64,000 nucleotides of DNA from Raillietiella orientalis (taxonomy: Eukaryota): the NCBI GenBank assembly GCA_036172245.1, contig JAYWIR010000021.1, positions 2,542,001-2,606,000 of the forward strand, in the 5' to 3' direction. Positions within the stretch are counted from its first letter, which is position 1. Every line of letters begins with the position of its first letter. Shown one piece after another: positions 12,208 to 24,200 of the stretch. The notes beneath the pieces are model-generated. The model was not told the DNA's origin and searched no databases. It saw only the letters and a program-made list of their open reading frames with translations. A program made the position numbers and the translations under genes.

Positions 12208-15200
12208 GTAAGTAGATTTGTCTTTCAAAGAATCCAGCGCAGCACTTTGTGGTCTGGTGCTTCGCTCGCTTTTCCCCTCTCCAGCCAGATGATAAACGAG
12301 CAAAGATGGCATCAGTTCCTGAGAGCTCAGCACGCTCGCTCGAGCTTTTGTGAAAACCCGTTTCAAAAATCTCTGCCATAAAAAAACGGAACGATGCTTT
12401 TCGAACCGTTTCACCCCAAAGGAGCTCATAGGCAGCGACCGTCCGTGCTACTTGTTGTGCTGGAACGTTCCACTAAGTGCTAATGCCACCGTTCTGTACA
12501 CAACAAGTGCGCATCGCAACTCCTTCGGAAGAGAGATGGGTTGGGAAGCTGAAGCTCGTCCTCGGAGCGTGTCTTTCGACACCTGTAACGTGACTGATGA
12601 TTCGTCTCGATCCTCAGATAACGTTACGAGCATCTGCAGCTTTCAGCCTTCGGATTCTCCGATACTAAATAATATCTCCATGCGTTATCTCGAATCAGGC
12701 AGGCATTCCTTTCTTGTTGAATAAGATGAGATGAGACGTTGAACTCCGCGCGAGACCCACGCATTCAGGCTGCAGAGCTCTTCGAAGATGCGAAATCTGA
12801 GAGAAGCGCCTCCCTCCTTCGCAATAATTCTTACCGAAACACTCAATCCATTTGCATGGGTCATAGAGAGGAACATTTCAGCAGTGGCTCAACTTCTAAT
12901 AAATCGAATATGCCCTGCTTGGCTCCGGGAGGGCACGGTCTTCCTGTTTCATTTTGCAAGGCATCCATTTTCGTAATTGCTTTCGGTGCTAATTGAGAGG
13001 AACGCAGTTGATCAAAAATGCGAGTGCATTCGGTAAACTTGTACTACATGTGCTCCTCTTACGCTACTCCTCTTAGGATCCTGCAAAACATGTTCCCGAA
13101 ACCATCTGTCAGTATTCATGAGTGTGAGAGTCTTGACAGAGGCGTAGAAACTCTTTTGGTGGCATCATTTGATCAGGGCCCCTCTGAAGAGAGGTCTTCT
13201 TTGACTCGTAAAGCGCACATCGGAAGCAGGCATCACCCTCTGGGTTCGTCAAGACCTTGAGACGTTTGTGTGCCGATTGCTCCAATCATATTATCATCCT
13301 GTCCTTTCACTGTCAAAAAGGAAACCCACGCACATGCACCTATTTGCAAATTCAGGGAGCAACCAGGGCTTCCAGACGGTGCTTTCCAAGGTCCCTATCT
13401 TCATCATTCCGAAAATGCCATGGAAACTGAGCTGGAAAAAAACACCTCCCTTGGTGTTGACGCGTTCACAATTTTCGCACTGCGTTATGTGAATCCACGA
13501 ATTCAATTCGATCGCTTTGATCTCTCCGGCCTAAAGACCAGCCGCTTGTAGGAATGGCTACCCAAGAAGCCGAAGTTGTCAGTCGCAAGAGTCTTTTGAA
13601 GCTGATGCTGCAAGTTCGTCCCAGGGGGTGTAACAGCAATTTTCTAGTGATCGTTTGCGTCTAAACTGGGACAAACAAGGTTCCGTTTTTCTCAAAGACC
13701 AAAGGCAGGAATGATCACTACTGCGTTCCTTCTGATAGTTCGGAGGCACCCGTGATGCGCGTAATGGCCGCAGCTTCCTCGAAAAGAAGCACCTTAGACG
13801 CCTTAGACTGGAGTTGGAGTGGCTGATGAGAAACTGCGCCCTCTTGGACACAGTTCCTCAACACCCTGAGTTCCATTCAGATCGCGGGCAGACACACGAG
13901 TGTGTAAGAAGCCTCTTTCTCCTGCAGGGCTGCTTTCCGGGACCGGAAACTGTGCAGTCACCAAAATCTCAAGAGCTCTGCGCCCTCACAGAAAGTTAGG
14001 ATCGCCGTGATGGATTCAGGATGTTCGCTTCAGTTCGTGGCGTACCCACCAGTGAAACGGATGGAGAAATGCCTTCCACCATGAAAGAAGCTTCAGTAAC
14101 TAGAGTGGTGGCGAAGCTCTTCCTTAGCTCAGCAATTCCGCCGCTTTGTTTTCTTCCGTCATTTCGTGATTCCGCTCGCCTAGCAGCGTCCTCGAAATCA
14201 TGATTCGAGGTTGCATTGATCACACAGTTCTCACATACGTTAGCAAAGGAAATTAGTGAGGCAGATCCTCCTGTGCATTTCCAAATACTTCCAGAAGGAG
14301 ATAACGTCTCACTCTTTAAATTTTCGATTATCTCACCGCCGTGGCTGTAGAGGCTCTTGTTGAAGGAGGTCGAAAGGCAGTGTCAGGAATGAGATCTGCG
14401 AGCACGAATTTTGCCTGCTCTGACGTCCAGAGATGCATTGCTCCGTTCCTCCTCGCAGGAAATTTTTTCCCCATTCCCGAGCTCATGGAAAAAAGAGGCG
14501 AATTTCCGGTTCCAAGAAACAAACTGAACCAAAAGTATGGATCCTTAGAAACCCGGGAGACTTGCGTCTCGTGACATGCTCTTGTTTTGGGGAAGCTTAA
14601 CGAGTGAGAGGTGTCTTAGAATGGTAGTTTTTTTCGTGCCACAAGGAAATTGCTAAGAAGAGAAGACGTGCCGTTTCTTCAAATACTCGAAAGGCATGAA
14701 AAACAACCGGAAGGGCAGTGATTGTGGCCTGAAATCGCATAGGATCGCTGCTTTCAGTCTCTTGCATTGCTTCTGGCAGTCACGAGGAACCGAGGCGTCT
14801 GCAGTGGAACTACCCACACCACTGGGAAAAGAGAAGTCTCTGCTCGTATCCTCCTACCTCGCCTCCCTTTTCAGTGAGGAGCTGAAGCTGAGGAGCTCTT
14901 AATTTTTGTCTTCCTGCTGTTCCCTGGCTCCATTCACCTGCTGGTTTCGCAGGCAGAACTGAACGAAGTCACATGCATCAAATCAATCAGTTCCTTCGAG
15001 AGAATAAGATAATTCCAGGTTTTTTTTTCCCTGCGAGTTTGTTCTCCTTGCAAAGGAGATGACGACTGCTATGTTGACGGCAGGTGCTTCCTTGCTTCGT
15101 CCCTGAGCGGAAGTATCAGAGGTGAGCAGACTCTCCCGAACCGATCTCAGACTGTGGACTCCCGTGGCTGAGTAGAACTAAAGCTTTGCTTCCGCGAAAT

Positions 15201-18200
15201 GGCTCCCTACACGTGTCTCGAGCACTGTCCCTCTAATTCCAACCCAGCTGGAGCCATCAACGCCAAACATGAATGTAACGCTCTCGTGTCCGCCTCCAGA
15301 GGCGAGAAATGTGCTCATCGTTCAGGTTGCTTAGGAGCGTGAGCAGTTCAGAATACGCAAGAGCTATGTTCTTGCTATAAGCAACATTGAATACCGTCTG
15401 ATCCTACCATGGTCTATCGCTCGATTCCAGGAGTCATCCCAAGCCCCTTTGTCCCCTTCTGCCAGTAGTCACATTTCCAGTACATCGATTTCTTAGTTGG
15501 ACAAATCTCTGTATCTGAACTTTATTTCATAATATTTGTATCTCAAAGCGTAGTTTCTTGCTTCAAAACTGGAATCCTCTCTGCTGTTCCCTTGATGAAG
15601 AGTGAGTCGTTTGTGATGTGAGCATTTTTCTTATCCTTGAAATGTATTTTTCGGTCTCACTATTTTCTGAGAATCTTTCCATGGAAACCTCTCACTCCTC
15701 CTTCTCCTCTATTCTCGAACTCTCTCTTCCTCGCGATCATTGATGGAACGAATGACCGTTCCGTTTTAAACAACTCTGATTCTTCTTTAGGGAAGCATCC
15801 TGAAATCGATCTCTGATCACCTCCTACGAGGGTGAGATGAAAGTTCGGGTTGTTTTCTCCTGAGACATTGCAAAGAGCCTCTTTGGGTTTCGTGACAATC
15901 CTTGTCGGCAGACTGAGACATTTCACTCCCACAGTAAACCAATGATCTTTGTACATCACTGAAATCTACTCAAATCTCAGTGAAGTCTATGCCTCTTGCA
16001 ACCAACACAGAGGAGTGGGAGCCCAGGAAGTGAACAATACAGTAAATGCTCTAGGAGGATGGGGAGAGCAAAGGTTATGACCACCCAATGAAGGAGACGA
16101 AGGCTGCCTTCGAGATGCTTGAGAAAGAAGAGTGGATGGCTGTCCGTCTTTCTACGCTTTTGCACTTTTGCATCTCACGCTTTTGTGTCCCATTTCAGGA
16201 AGCTAGACAACCCGCGTCTCTGGAAAACTCGGATAGGCCTCAGGAAATAGTTTAGAAACTCCGAGAAAAATACACGAGGGTATCGGAGACCAAATGGATG
16301 AAGAATCTCTTCTTGAGTCTTTTCTTGAAAGCACGGGTTCAGTCTCCAGATATTCTTCATCTGACCGTATCTTTGCATTACGTGAGCTCTTCTTCAGTTC
16401 TCATCAGAACGACGAGTGGTTCTTGGAAACTGCTGCTGCTTCTGTTATCCTGCAATGTGAAACTCAGAGACAGAGGATACACGAGAAGGCCCGGCGCAGA
16501 GTTTGGAAGAAATGAAGCGCAGGGCAGTTGTGGGAACAAATGGACTTCAACGGAAGGGACAGAAAGGGACCTTCAGTGATATGTTCCAGCGTTCCCGAAA
16601 AAGAGATGGTACGAAGCTTGTCTTTGAGATCGACAATCAAAATATGGGTTACTGAGATGGACTGCTGATTGTTCAGCGGTCGCTTGCTGGCAATAAGAAG
16701 TTCCGACAGTAGGATCAAGAGAGTCTGCTGCAACATGATTCTTTGTTAGTTGCTCTGGAATGCTCTAGTTTTCCTAGCAAAAAAAAAAGGCTGTTTTCTT
16801 CTATAGCTTAGCCTCCTTGTTTTCCTCTTCTCCTTTCCCGAAAGTGGACCCAAGGGAAACTCGGCTCCAACTGCTGTCAAAGACCTTTCCTCGTTTGTCC
16901 AAGGACAAAAGGAGACTTCCCTACGAAGAGCTCTGCCTTGAGGGCTGTCATTTGAGATCTGTTCATCCAACCATGGCAGTCTGTTCCCCGTCTTTCCAGA
17001 ACGCACGTGTCCGCACTCATAGGGCGTGATGTTCTCTGCTCGTAAAGAGCTTTCGTTGGGTTGTCGAAAGCTCGAGGCAGAGCCCTTCCCGTGGCTCTAC
17101 TGCCTTCTCGATTTACTCTCTCCGTACATCCCTTTTTCTCTAACCAAGGGTGTGCACGGATGAAGTGGAGGGTGAACTGATGCAGTCCAAGGAAGGGTTT
17201 CGACGTGTTTCTTGGAGAAATAGATGTTTTATTGCTTTGTTTCCCGTTCTGGAGATGGAAGAGGGGAGGTGCAGAGATCTCGCCGTCTTTTTCTGCATCC
17301 ATTTCTCTGACCATCGACCGAGTCGTGACTTTTTGCTCCTAAAGAGCACTTAGAAATCCGGATTAAAGGGATTGAAAATTAAGGGAACCCGTTAGAGATG
17401 AAAAGATGAAATATATCTCGTTTCCCTTCGCAGCATCCGGGTCTAGACAGGAATGCTAGAATGAACCGTCTCGCAGTTGTGAAATTCCTGGAGATGACTA
17501 CCCAAGGACCCTTCCTCCAAATCTTCTGCACCTCTCAAGGATAAAATGTTCGGAAAAAAAGAGACTGGAATACCAGAAAAGGAGTCGGAAAAATCCGAAA
17601 CGCTCTGGAAGGAACTGAGGAATGCGCCATGACGGAAGAAGGCAGGGAGCCGAGAATAAGAAAAGCAGTGGACAAAAGCAGAAGGAAGGAGAGAACTATA
17701 GAATGTCCACTATGCGACACGCTTCTTCTGTGGGACCAGAGGAAGGAAGAAAGAGTAGGGTAGCCTTCATTCGGAAAAGATAAGGTCTTCACGAGCTGGG
17801 TAGTCAACCCTCGAGGGTACTACAGGACAGCATACGGTTACTTGGCAAGCGTGCCTTATGGGACTGCTAGCTTCCAAATGCGGCCACCGATAGCTCGGAG
17901 CTTGAGGAGATCGATGGCTTAGGGCCGCGTCCGCTACATAATCGGATCTGTGGCTGTCGGCAGGCGATGGCCCGCAGGCCCTCCGTGGAGAGGTGGCCCT
18001 GCGGCATTCGATCTTTATGAGGCAGATCTCGGAATTCTGAGCTCATCTTGGTGGTGCGATCATCTCGAGGCTGCTCTTGATTGTGGAAAATGGATGCCCC
18101 AAAGCACTTCGAGAGGCTTTAAGAGGCAATGCTCCTGTGGTTTGCTCAGGACTCCAAACTGCACGGAGACCTGGGAGAAGGGGGCGACAGCGAGAGAAGA

Positions 18201-21200
18201 AGAGGAGGATGCAGAACTCGGCTCCGCATATCCTGGTTCCAACCTCATAAAGATCGAATGCTGAGGAAGCACTTGCAATCTCAGAGAGAGCAAAGCAGCA
18301 CCTCAGGCAAGATATCTGAGAGCTCCTCCCTTCGATTGCTGGGACCACGCGCTAACAAGTGATCCGATTCATACTGTCATCGTCCTGTCCCGTGAATGCG
18401 GGAGGAAGATAGAGGTAAACTCTTTTAATGTTGCAAAGTAGAAGAGGAGGGGGATGTCCAAGGGCACTCTTTTGTCACAGCGCGGCGGAGCGCTCAGGGA
18501 AATCTGCAGTCAGCAAGACAGTGCGGAACTAGGAGCCCTTCTCAGTGGCTTGGACGAAGCAGCAGCTCCCGAGGGACGATATTTCCGGATTTCGATGCGA
18601 GCTTCCCCGTTAAACGTAGTCCGAGATGCTGCGGATCTGTCGAAACAGGTCTCCCAGGAGGACCTTACGAGCGCCATGGCAACTGATCGCAGTCCTTTTC
18701 ATCTTTCCTCTGCAGTCTCATGACCGTCAACTCTGCAGCTGAATCTTCGAGTTGCCACAAAGCATTCTGAACCCATCAAGGTCATCAGTGGCGTCTTCTT
18801 GAAAAGATGGTGAACCTTTTTGCTTTTCCTGTCTTTTCTCCGCATCAAGGATCCGTGCCTGATAGCTCGATACCTATCCTTTGCTCAAGCTGATCATCGC
18901 GCTTTTCTAACTCACACAGCATCTGTCCGGAGGAATATATCGATCTTTTAAATGCTACGTCGGAATTCGATAGGATTTGAAGGGAAGGGAACAGAAGAGG
19001 GAGGGTCCAGGGCAGAGCGTAACGGTCATCTTTCTGGAAAGAGAAGGGACTGAAAAGCATCTCCCCGTTCGCATTTTTCGTCACGGAAGCGCGGACATCT
19101 GAGAAAAGCAGTCGCGGACATCTGGCTATCGCTTCCTCCCAGGCCTTGGTTACAGCACGGCTGAGAACGGAGGAGGAAGGTGTACGAGACGGAGATCTTG
19201 AAGGAATTGCTGAAGTGTGGAGCACAAATGGGTAGCAGGTCGCTTTCCTCCTAGGACAGTCCGTCGGGCTAGGGAGCGCGCCCCAGAACGTTCCCCTCGC
19301 TCCCACATCTACCTTCAGAGAGAGATTTCAAGAGGCACGGGGGTAGCAGGCTCAGCTCACCCTCAGGGGGTAGCAGGCTCAGCTTGTACTTTTTCCGATC
19401 TTTCCAGGTCCTCTTGTCCTGCGATCAACCCAGCGACTAGAGGACGCAGGAGCCCCGTTGCCTATGGAGGGCGCGGCAAGGGATGATTCCATTTACGGGA
19501 TTCTGAACGCCCTGCAGAAGAGGAAGTCCAGCACCGGCAGCGTAGCCTACAAGGAGGTGGCTATCCTTCCTGGAAGGAACGCGTCACTCGTCTGCGCGTT
19601 CGTCACTGCCGCAGACAGAACGGTACGCTCGCACGGCGTGCGCATGGCCCCCTGCGCGTCGGCTAGACGACGCCGAAGAGTTGAAGCGATATGCGGAGGA
19701 GATCTCATCCTCGCGAATGTGCAGCGCAGAACAGAGGGAGGTGCTTGTCTCCCTAGGCAGCGTGTGTTGTTCCATCCCGCTTTTAGAGATAGGGATCTGC
19801 GTATTCCTGTCTCAGGTTACCGATTCCTCACCTCCAGACATGGAAAGGTCAACTCAGTTTGAAAACAATAAACCGGATAGGGGATTCATAAGGCAGCAAG
19901 AATGGAGTGAGCCTGTAGGCTGATAATCTCTGGGAGAGAAGGGAGGAGGAAGAAGGAAGGAAGGAAAAGGAGGACAGAGAAGATGAGCGAAGAATTCCCT
20001 TCTCTTTTTTTTTTTTTTTTTTTTGGCAGATCGAGGTGGCTCCTCTTGTCTTTCTCCGCTGGAGTCTTCTTGTGATGATTCGTTGGGTTCAAATGACTCG
20101 TGCCTTCACGCAGACACTGTGGCAGCCACCTCCTCAGAGCTGCCTCGGTCTTGCTCTCTTCTAAGGAAGAACTCGAAGCCAGAGGAGAAGGGAGGCAGTC
20201 AATAAGGATAACGAGAAGTTTGTCCGGTTTCCAGGAGCATTTCTCGAAAAACACATCCACGCACCATCACAACCACAACCTTTATTCTCCGACTCTAGAA
20301 ATTCCGTACATTCAGAGTCACTTCCTGTGACGAGGCAGCAAGGAATGCTGACCGGCAAAGAGGGACGGTGCTGGAGCTGTCGAGGCGCCGCCTTTCGGTC
20401 TGCATTCTTGACGATACCTATCAATGCATACACCGTGGAATTCTCTTGGTGGATGTGGATGAAGGCAGAAGAAATTTCAAGGATAAAACTCTGCTTCCGT
20501 TTTTAGAGATGAAGATTTTTCCTGAATTTGCATTCTGGAGTGCTCAGGGACAAGACGAGTGGTCACTCTTCCAGAATTAATGGAGCACATGCTGCTGGAA
20601 GGACGTCCGTCCTTGAGAGCCGAAAAGCATTTAAGCTTCACTCGCGGATCCGACTGAAGAAAAGAGGCTGAAGGAATCATCAGGACAGATGCAGCTTCTG
20701 GTTCGATTGGACCCGACAGCCGCTGGCAAAAGGAAAAAAACTAACAGATTTCCTGGCTTCTTTTCGAGGCTTCTCAAATCTCCTACAAGTTAGACGTTCG
20801 ATGATAAACTTCGGAGCAGTCACGCAGCTTCCAGATGCGTATCCTGGCGACAGTGTCCTGTCACTATTTGACCCTGGCAAACTTTCGGCTCTTGGAAGAT
20901 GAAAAGGTGAAAAAAGAGTAGGGATGGTTCTCTTTCCTTTGCTTAGCTGGCGTCCTGAGGAACGCTGTTCAAGGGAGATCTGATCTCTCCGAAGAAGTAA
21001 AGTTGGGAAGAAGGAGGAATGGAGGAATGAAAAACATCCCCCACGCACACGCAACAGGATTTCTTCCTGTCGTATCCCGCATGCATCTTCGGCTGAAAGA
21101 CTCCAGACTCTCTCTTTGGTTGGGAAGCTGGGGAAATGCAACTTTACCACATTAGTGGAGGAAGTCACCGATGTGGTCACAAGATCCGAGCAAACGCAGA

Positions 21201-24200
21201 GGGCATCATCATCTCCCTTTCGCAAATTTTCCTTCTAGGAAGATTCTCTTTAAATCAGGAGAATGGAAACCACGAATCTTGTCCCGCAGGAAACTTTTTT
21301 TTTCCCCTTCCTTTTCCTCTTCTTCTCTGGCGAAGGTCAGCATTGCTCCCGATTCTCTTTGCCTTTGGACGCATCCGTCTTCGTCTAGTTTCCCTGCATT
21401 CTGCCTTAGGTCTTCTGGGACCCTCTGCTTTTTCCTTTTTCTTTGCTTCACTTGAAGGAAGAGGGGGGAAGAGGAAAGGAAAAAGCAGAGAAGCAAAAGA
21501 GATCTCGAGACCAAGGCAAGGACCTCCACGCAGCCCACTGATTTTTGAATTCAAGGTTTCCTGGTTCTTGAGGCAAGGAGATGCCGTTCGTCTGCTAACC
21601 GTGGGAAAGCAAAACTACAATAGGGAGAAGAACATCTCCGTGAACGCCTCTCCGGACGAACAGGTCTGGACTCTCAACATCCAGACAGTGGGCAAGGATG
21701 ATGAGGGCTTCTACGAGTGCCAATCCTCGGAGCAGCCCACCACGATGCAGAGGGTATTCCTCAAGGTCTTCGGTAGGTAAACTGTCTTTCGTTCTCCCCA
21801 CCATCCAGGATTTCCTTTCTCTCGCTCCCGCGCTCGGGGATCGAATCTGGGAAAAAACGCACCCGTGCTTAGAATCGCAAATGCCCTCTCCTACCCTTCC
21901 CTCACAAAACGGACTTGTTTTCTGCCTAAAGGACGAGGATAAGACCGACACGAAAGGGAGACCCTCTGCGAAGTGGGGGAGACAAGTAGGCAGTCTGCTG
22001 CAGATGACCCATTTCACTCTTCCATATCCCAGAATCCTGGAGACCATGTCTCCATCTCCGAAGGGGAGGCACAAGTCCTCCTGACTCTGCTCCCCTACTA
22101 AAGGCATAACTGGTAATCGAATGCTCTCCCCCCTCCTTTCCCCCTTGCTCCCAGTCCACGGTGCTACCAGAGCGCGTCGATTCTCGTTGATTCATTCTCA
22201 GAAGGATCTATCACTCCCCTTCTTTACTGATTCGATGTCATTTAGGAAAGAAAAGTGGATGAGAAGAGTCTCATCCTTCTCAAATAAAACAAAACCCTTC
22301 TTTTCCGGCCACCCACCCCTGCCCGAAATCGAATGACCAGCCGGTATCTCCTGGAGGCTTGTCCTCGATGGCAGGTGGTACTACACCGTCCCATCCTCGG
22401 GATCGCCAACCAAAATTTTCAACCTTCACTTTCTTCTTTCCCCCTTCGAAAGAGGGTCACGATATCACCGATTTCTCAGGTCCGCAGGCGGTTGATTGCC
22501 TTCGTCATTCGCCACGTGATCCTCCGAGGAGAGAGGAGACGTGGAGCTTCATTTGCCCCTCCGGGACTGAGACTCCAGGAGCAGGACAGCTCCTCGTGGG
22601 CCTCTCTTGAGAACGCCCGCCACTTCATGAGATGAAGCTCCCACTGAGTTTCCTAGGAGATTCTTGTCACGAAGGGAAAAAAGCGCGTTTCTTTTTTTTC
22701 TTCCTCTTTTCCGTGATAGAATCCTCCTCTTCCTTGTGCGCCTGGTGTGTTTTCTTTTTTCCTTTCCATCCGGGTAAATGCTGACCCTCGAGACCTCCAG
22801 GAGGAACCTCTCCTATCAACAGACGGGGCGAAGAGTGCCCTGAGGGGGGAAGGAATAACAAAGAGAGCGGAGGCCCGTACTCCGTCTCCATGTGGCTCCT
22901 TTTGAGACACATGGAGACCGAAGAAAACTCATGGAGCACAGACCATTCAGCCAGTTATTTCGAAAAAGGAAGCAGGCAGCGATGGAACCGTCTTTCCCTC
23001 AAGGATCCGAAGAGCCTCATGGAAACTTTAGAGGTCCTCCACTTTGGGGACTCCAGATCTGAAGCAATAGAATTTCATCCATAACTGAGCGCTTACTCCT
23101 TAAGCTCCAGCCACGGAAGAATCCACAACTTCTCAGAAGAGTGATTACCCCTTTTTCGGCGGCAGCATGACAGGATCCGGGCTGAAAATTAGAATTGCAG
23201 ATCTCCAGATCTGAGATCATGGCCGCCAGGAAGAATTGGATCGCCGTCGGCTGCTATTGAACAGGAAATCTCCTTATGATCCAAGAATCTTTGGACGAAC
23301 GCAAAAGCATAAGGATGGAATTTTTCCCAGAGTTCCTTTGGAGTTACGAGAAAATATCGGGCTTTCCCCCGAACCCGACAAAAAGTGGCTTATCAGAGGA
23401 TGCATCTGACAGCCCTCGCGGCGGTAGCAGGAAGATGGAGAACCTTGACGACTTTGTTCTCAGCACCGAAAGGGCATCTCGTAGCTGGAGGTTGCACATG
23501 CTTCTTCCATAGAGCAAAGCAAAATGGAGAGTCAGCAGCAGCTGGGAATCCAGGAAGGCTCCGCTGCTCTCTCGACTCTTTCGAGGGAACCCAGACGAGG
23601 AAACGTCTTCCTATTCCGCTACGTAGGGACCCTCGGATTAAGTCGTTCCTCATTTCTTCTCTGAAGGGAACCCGAAACGGATTCGTTTTTGAATTTCTTT
23701 TCCGCAAGGCAAAGAAGAGGAGTATGAGGAAAGAAAGAAGGAAAGAACAGGTGGAGGAGGTCGGCAGGAAATTCTCCTCCCTTCTAAGGAAGCCAGGGCC
23801 TAGATCCTGCAGTCGAAACCTCCCTCGTCCAAGCTCCTTGCTTTCGGATCGGACCTGAGACCTTCAGATGACACTTACTGGTAGTGCAGGGCTCGCTCCA
23901 AAGCTTCCACTCTGCCGCGTGCCAAGCAACCGGTACCTCGGGATGCTAAGAGGAGATGAAACAGGGTTCGTCCACCTGGAAAGCGCGCGCTCTGCAGGAT
24001 GAGGGGCGAACCTTGAAAAATGCGAGTCAGATGCTGGAGGTTCAGGAAACGATATTGAAAAGGGGTGCATGGGAGCGACTCGGGAGTGTTGCGGACGTGC
24101 TTCCGAGATACCCCAGAAGAGAGCTGGTTCTTCACATCATTGCTGAAGATGAGGAGCGAGCAAGCGGGAATCAGTGCCTCTACCAAATCAATGGAATCAA

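Noticed and set aside
21136..21780. 214-aa ORF as a complete membrane protein
   Set aside because: Only the last ~72 codons are Ig-like; the upstream part is low-complexity intron read-through.
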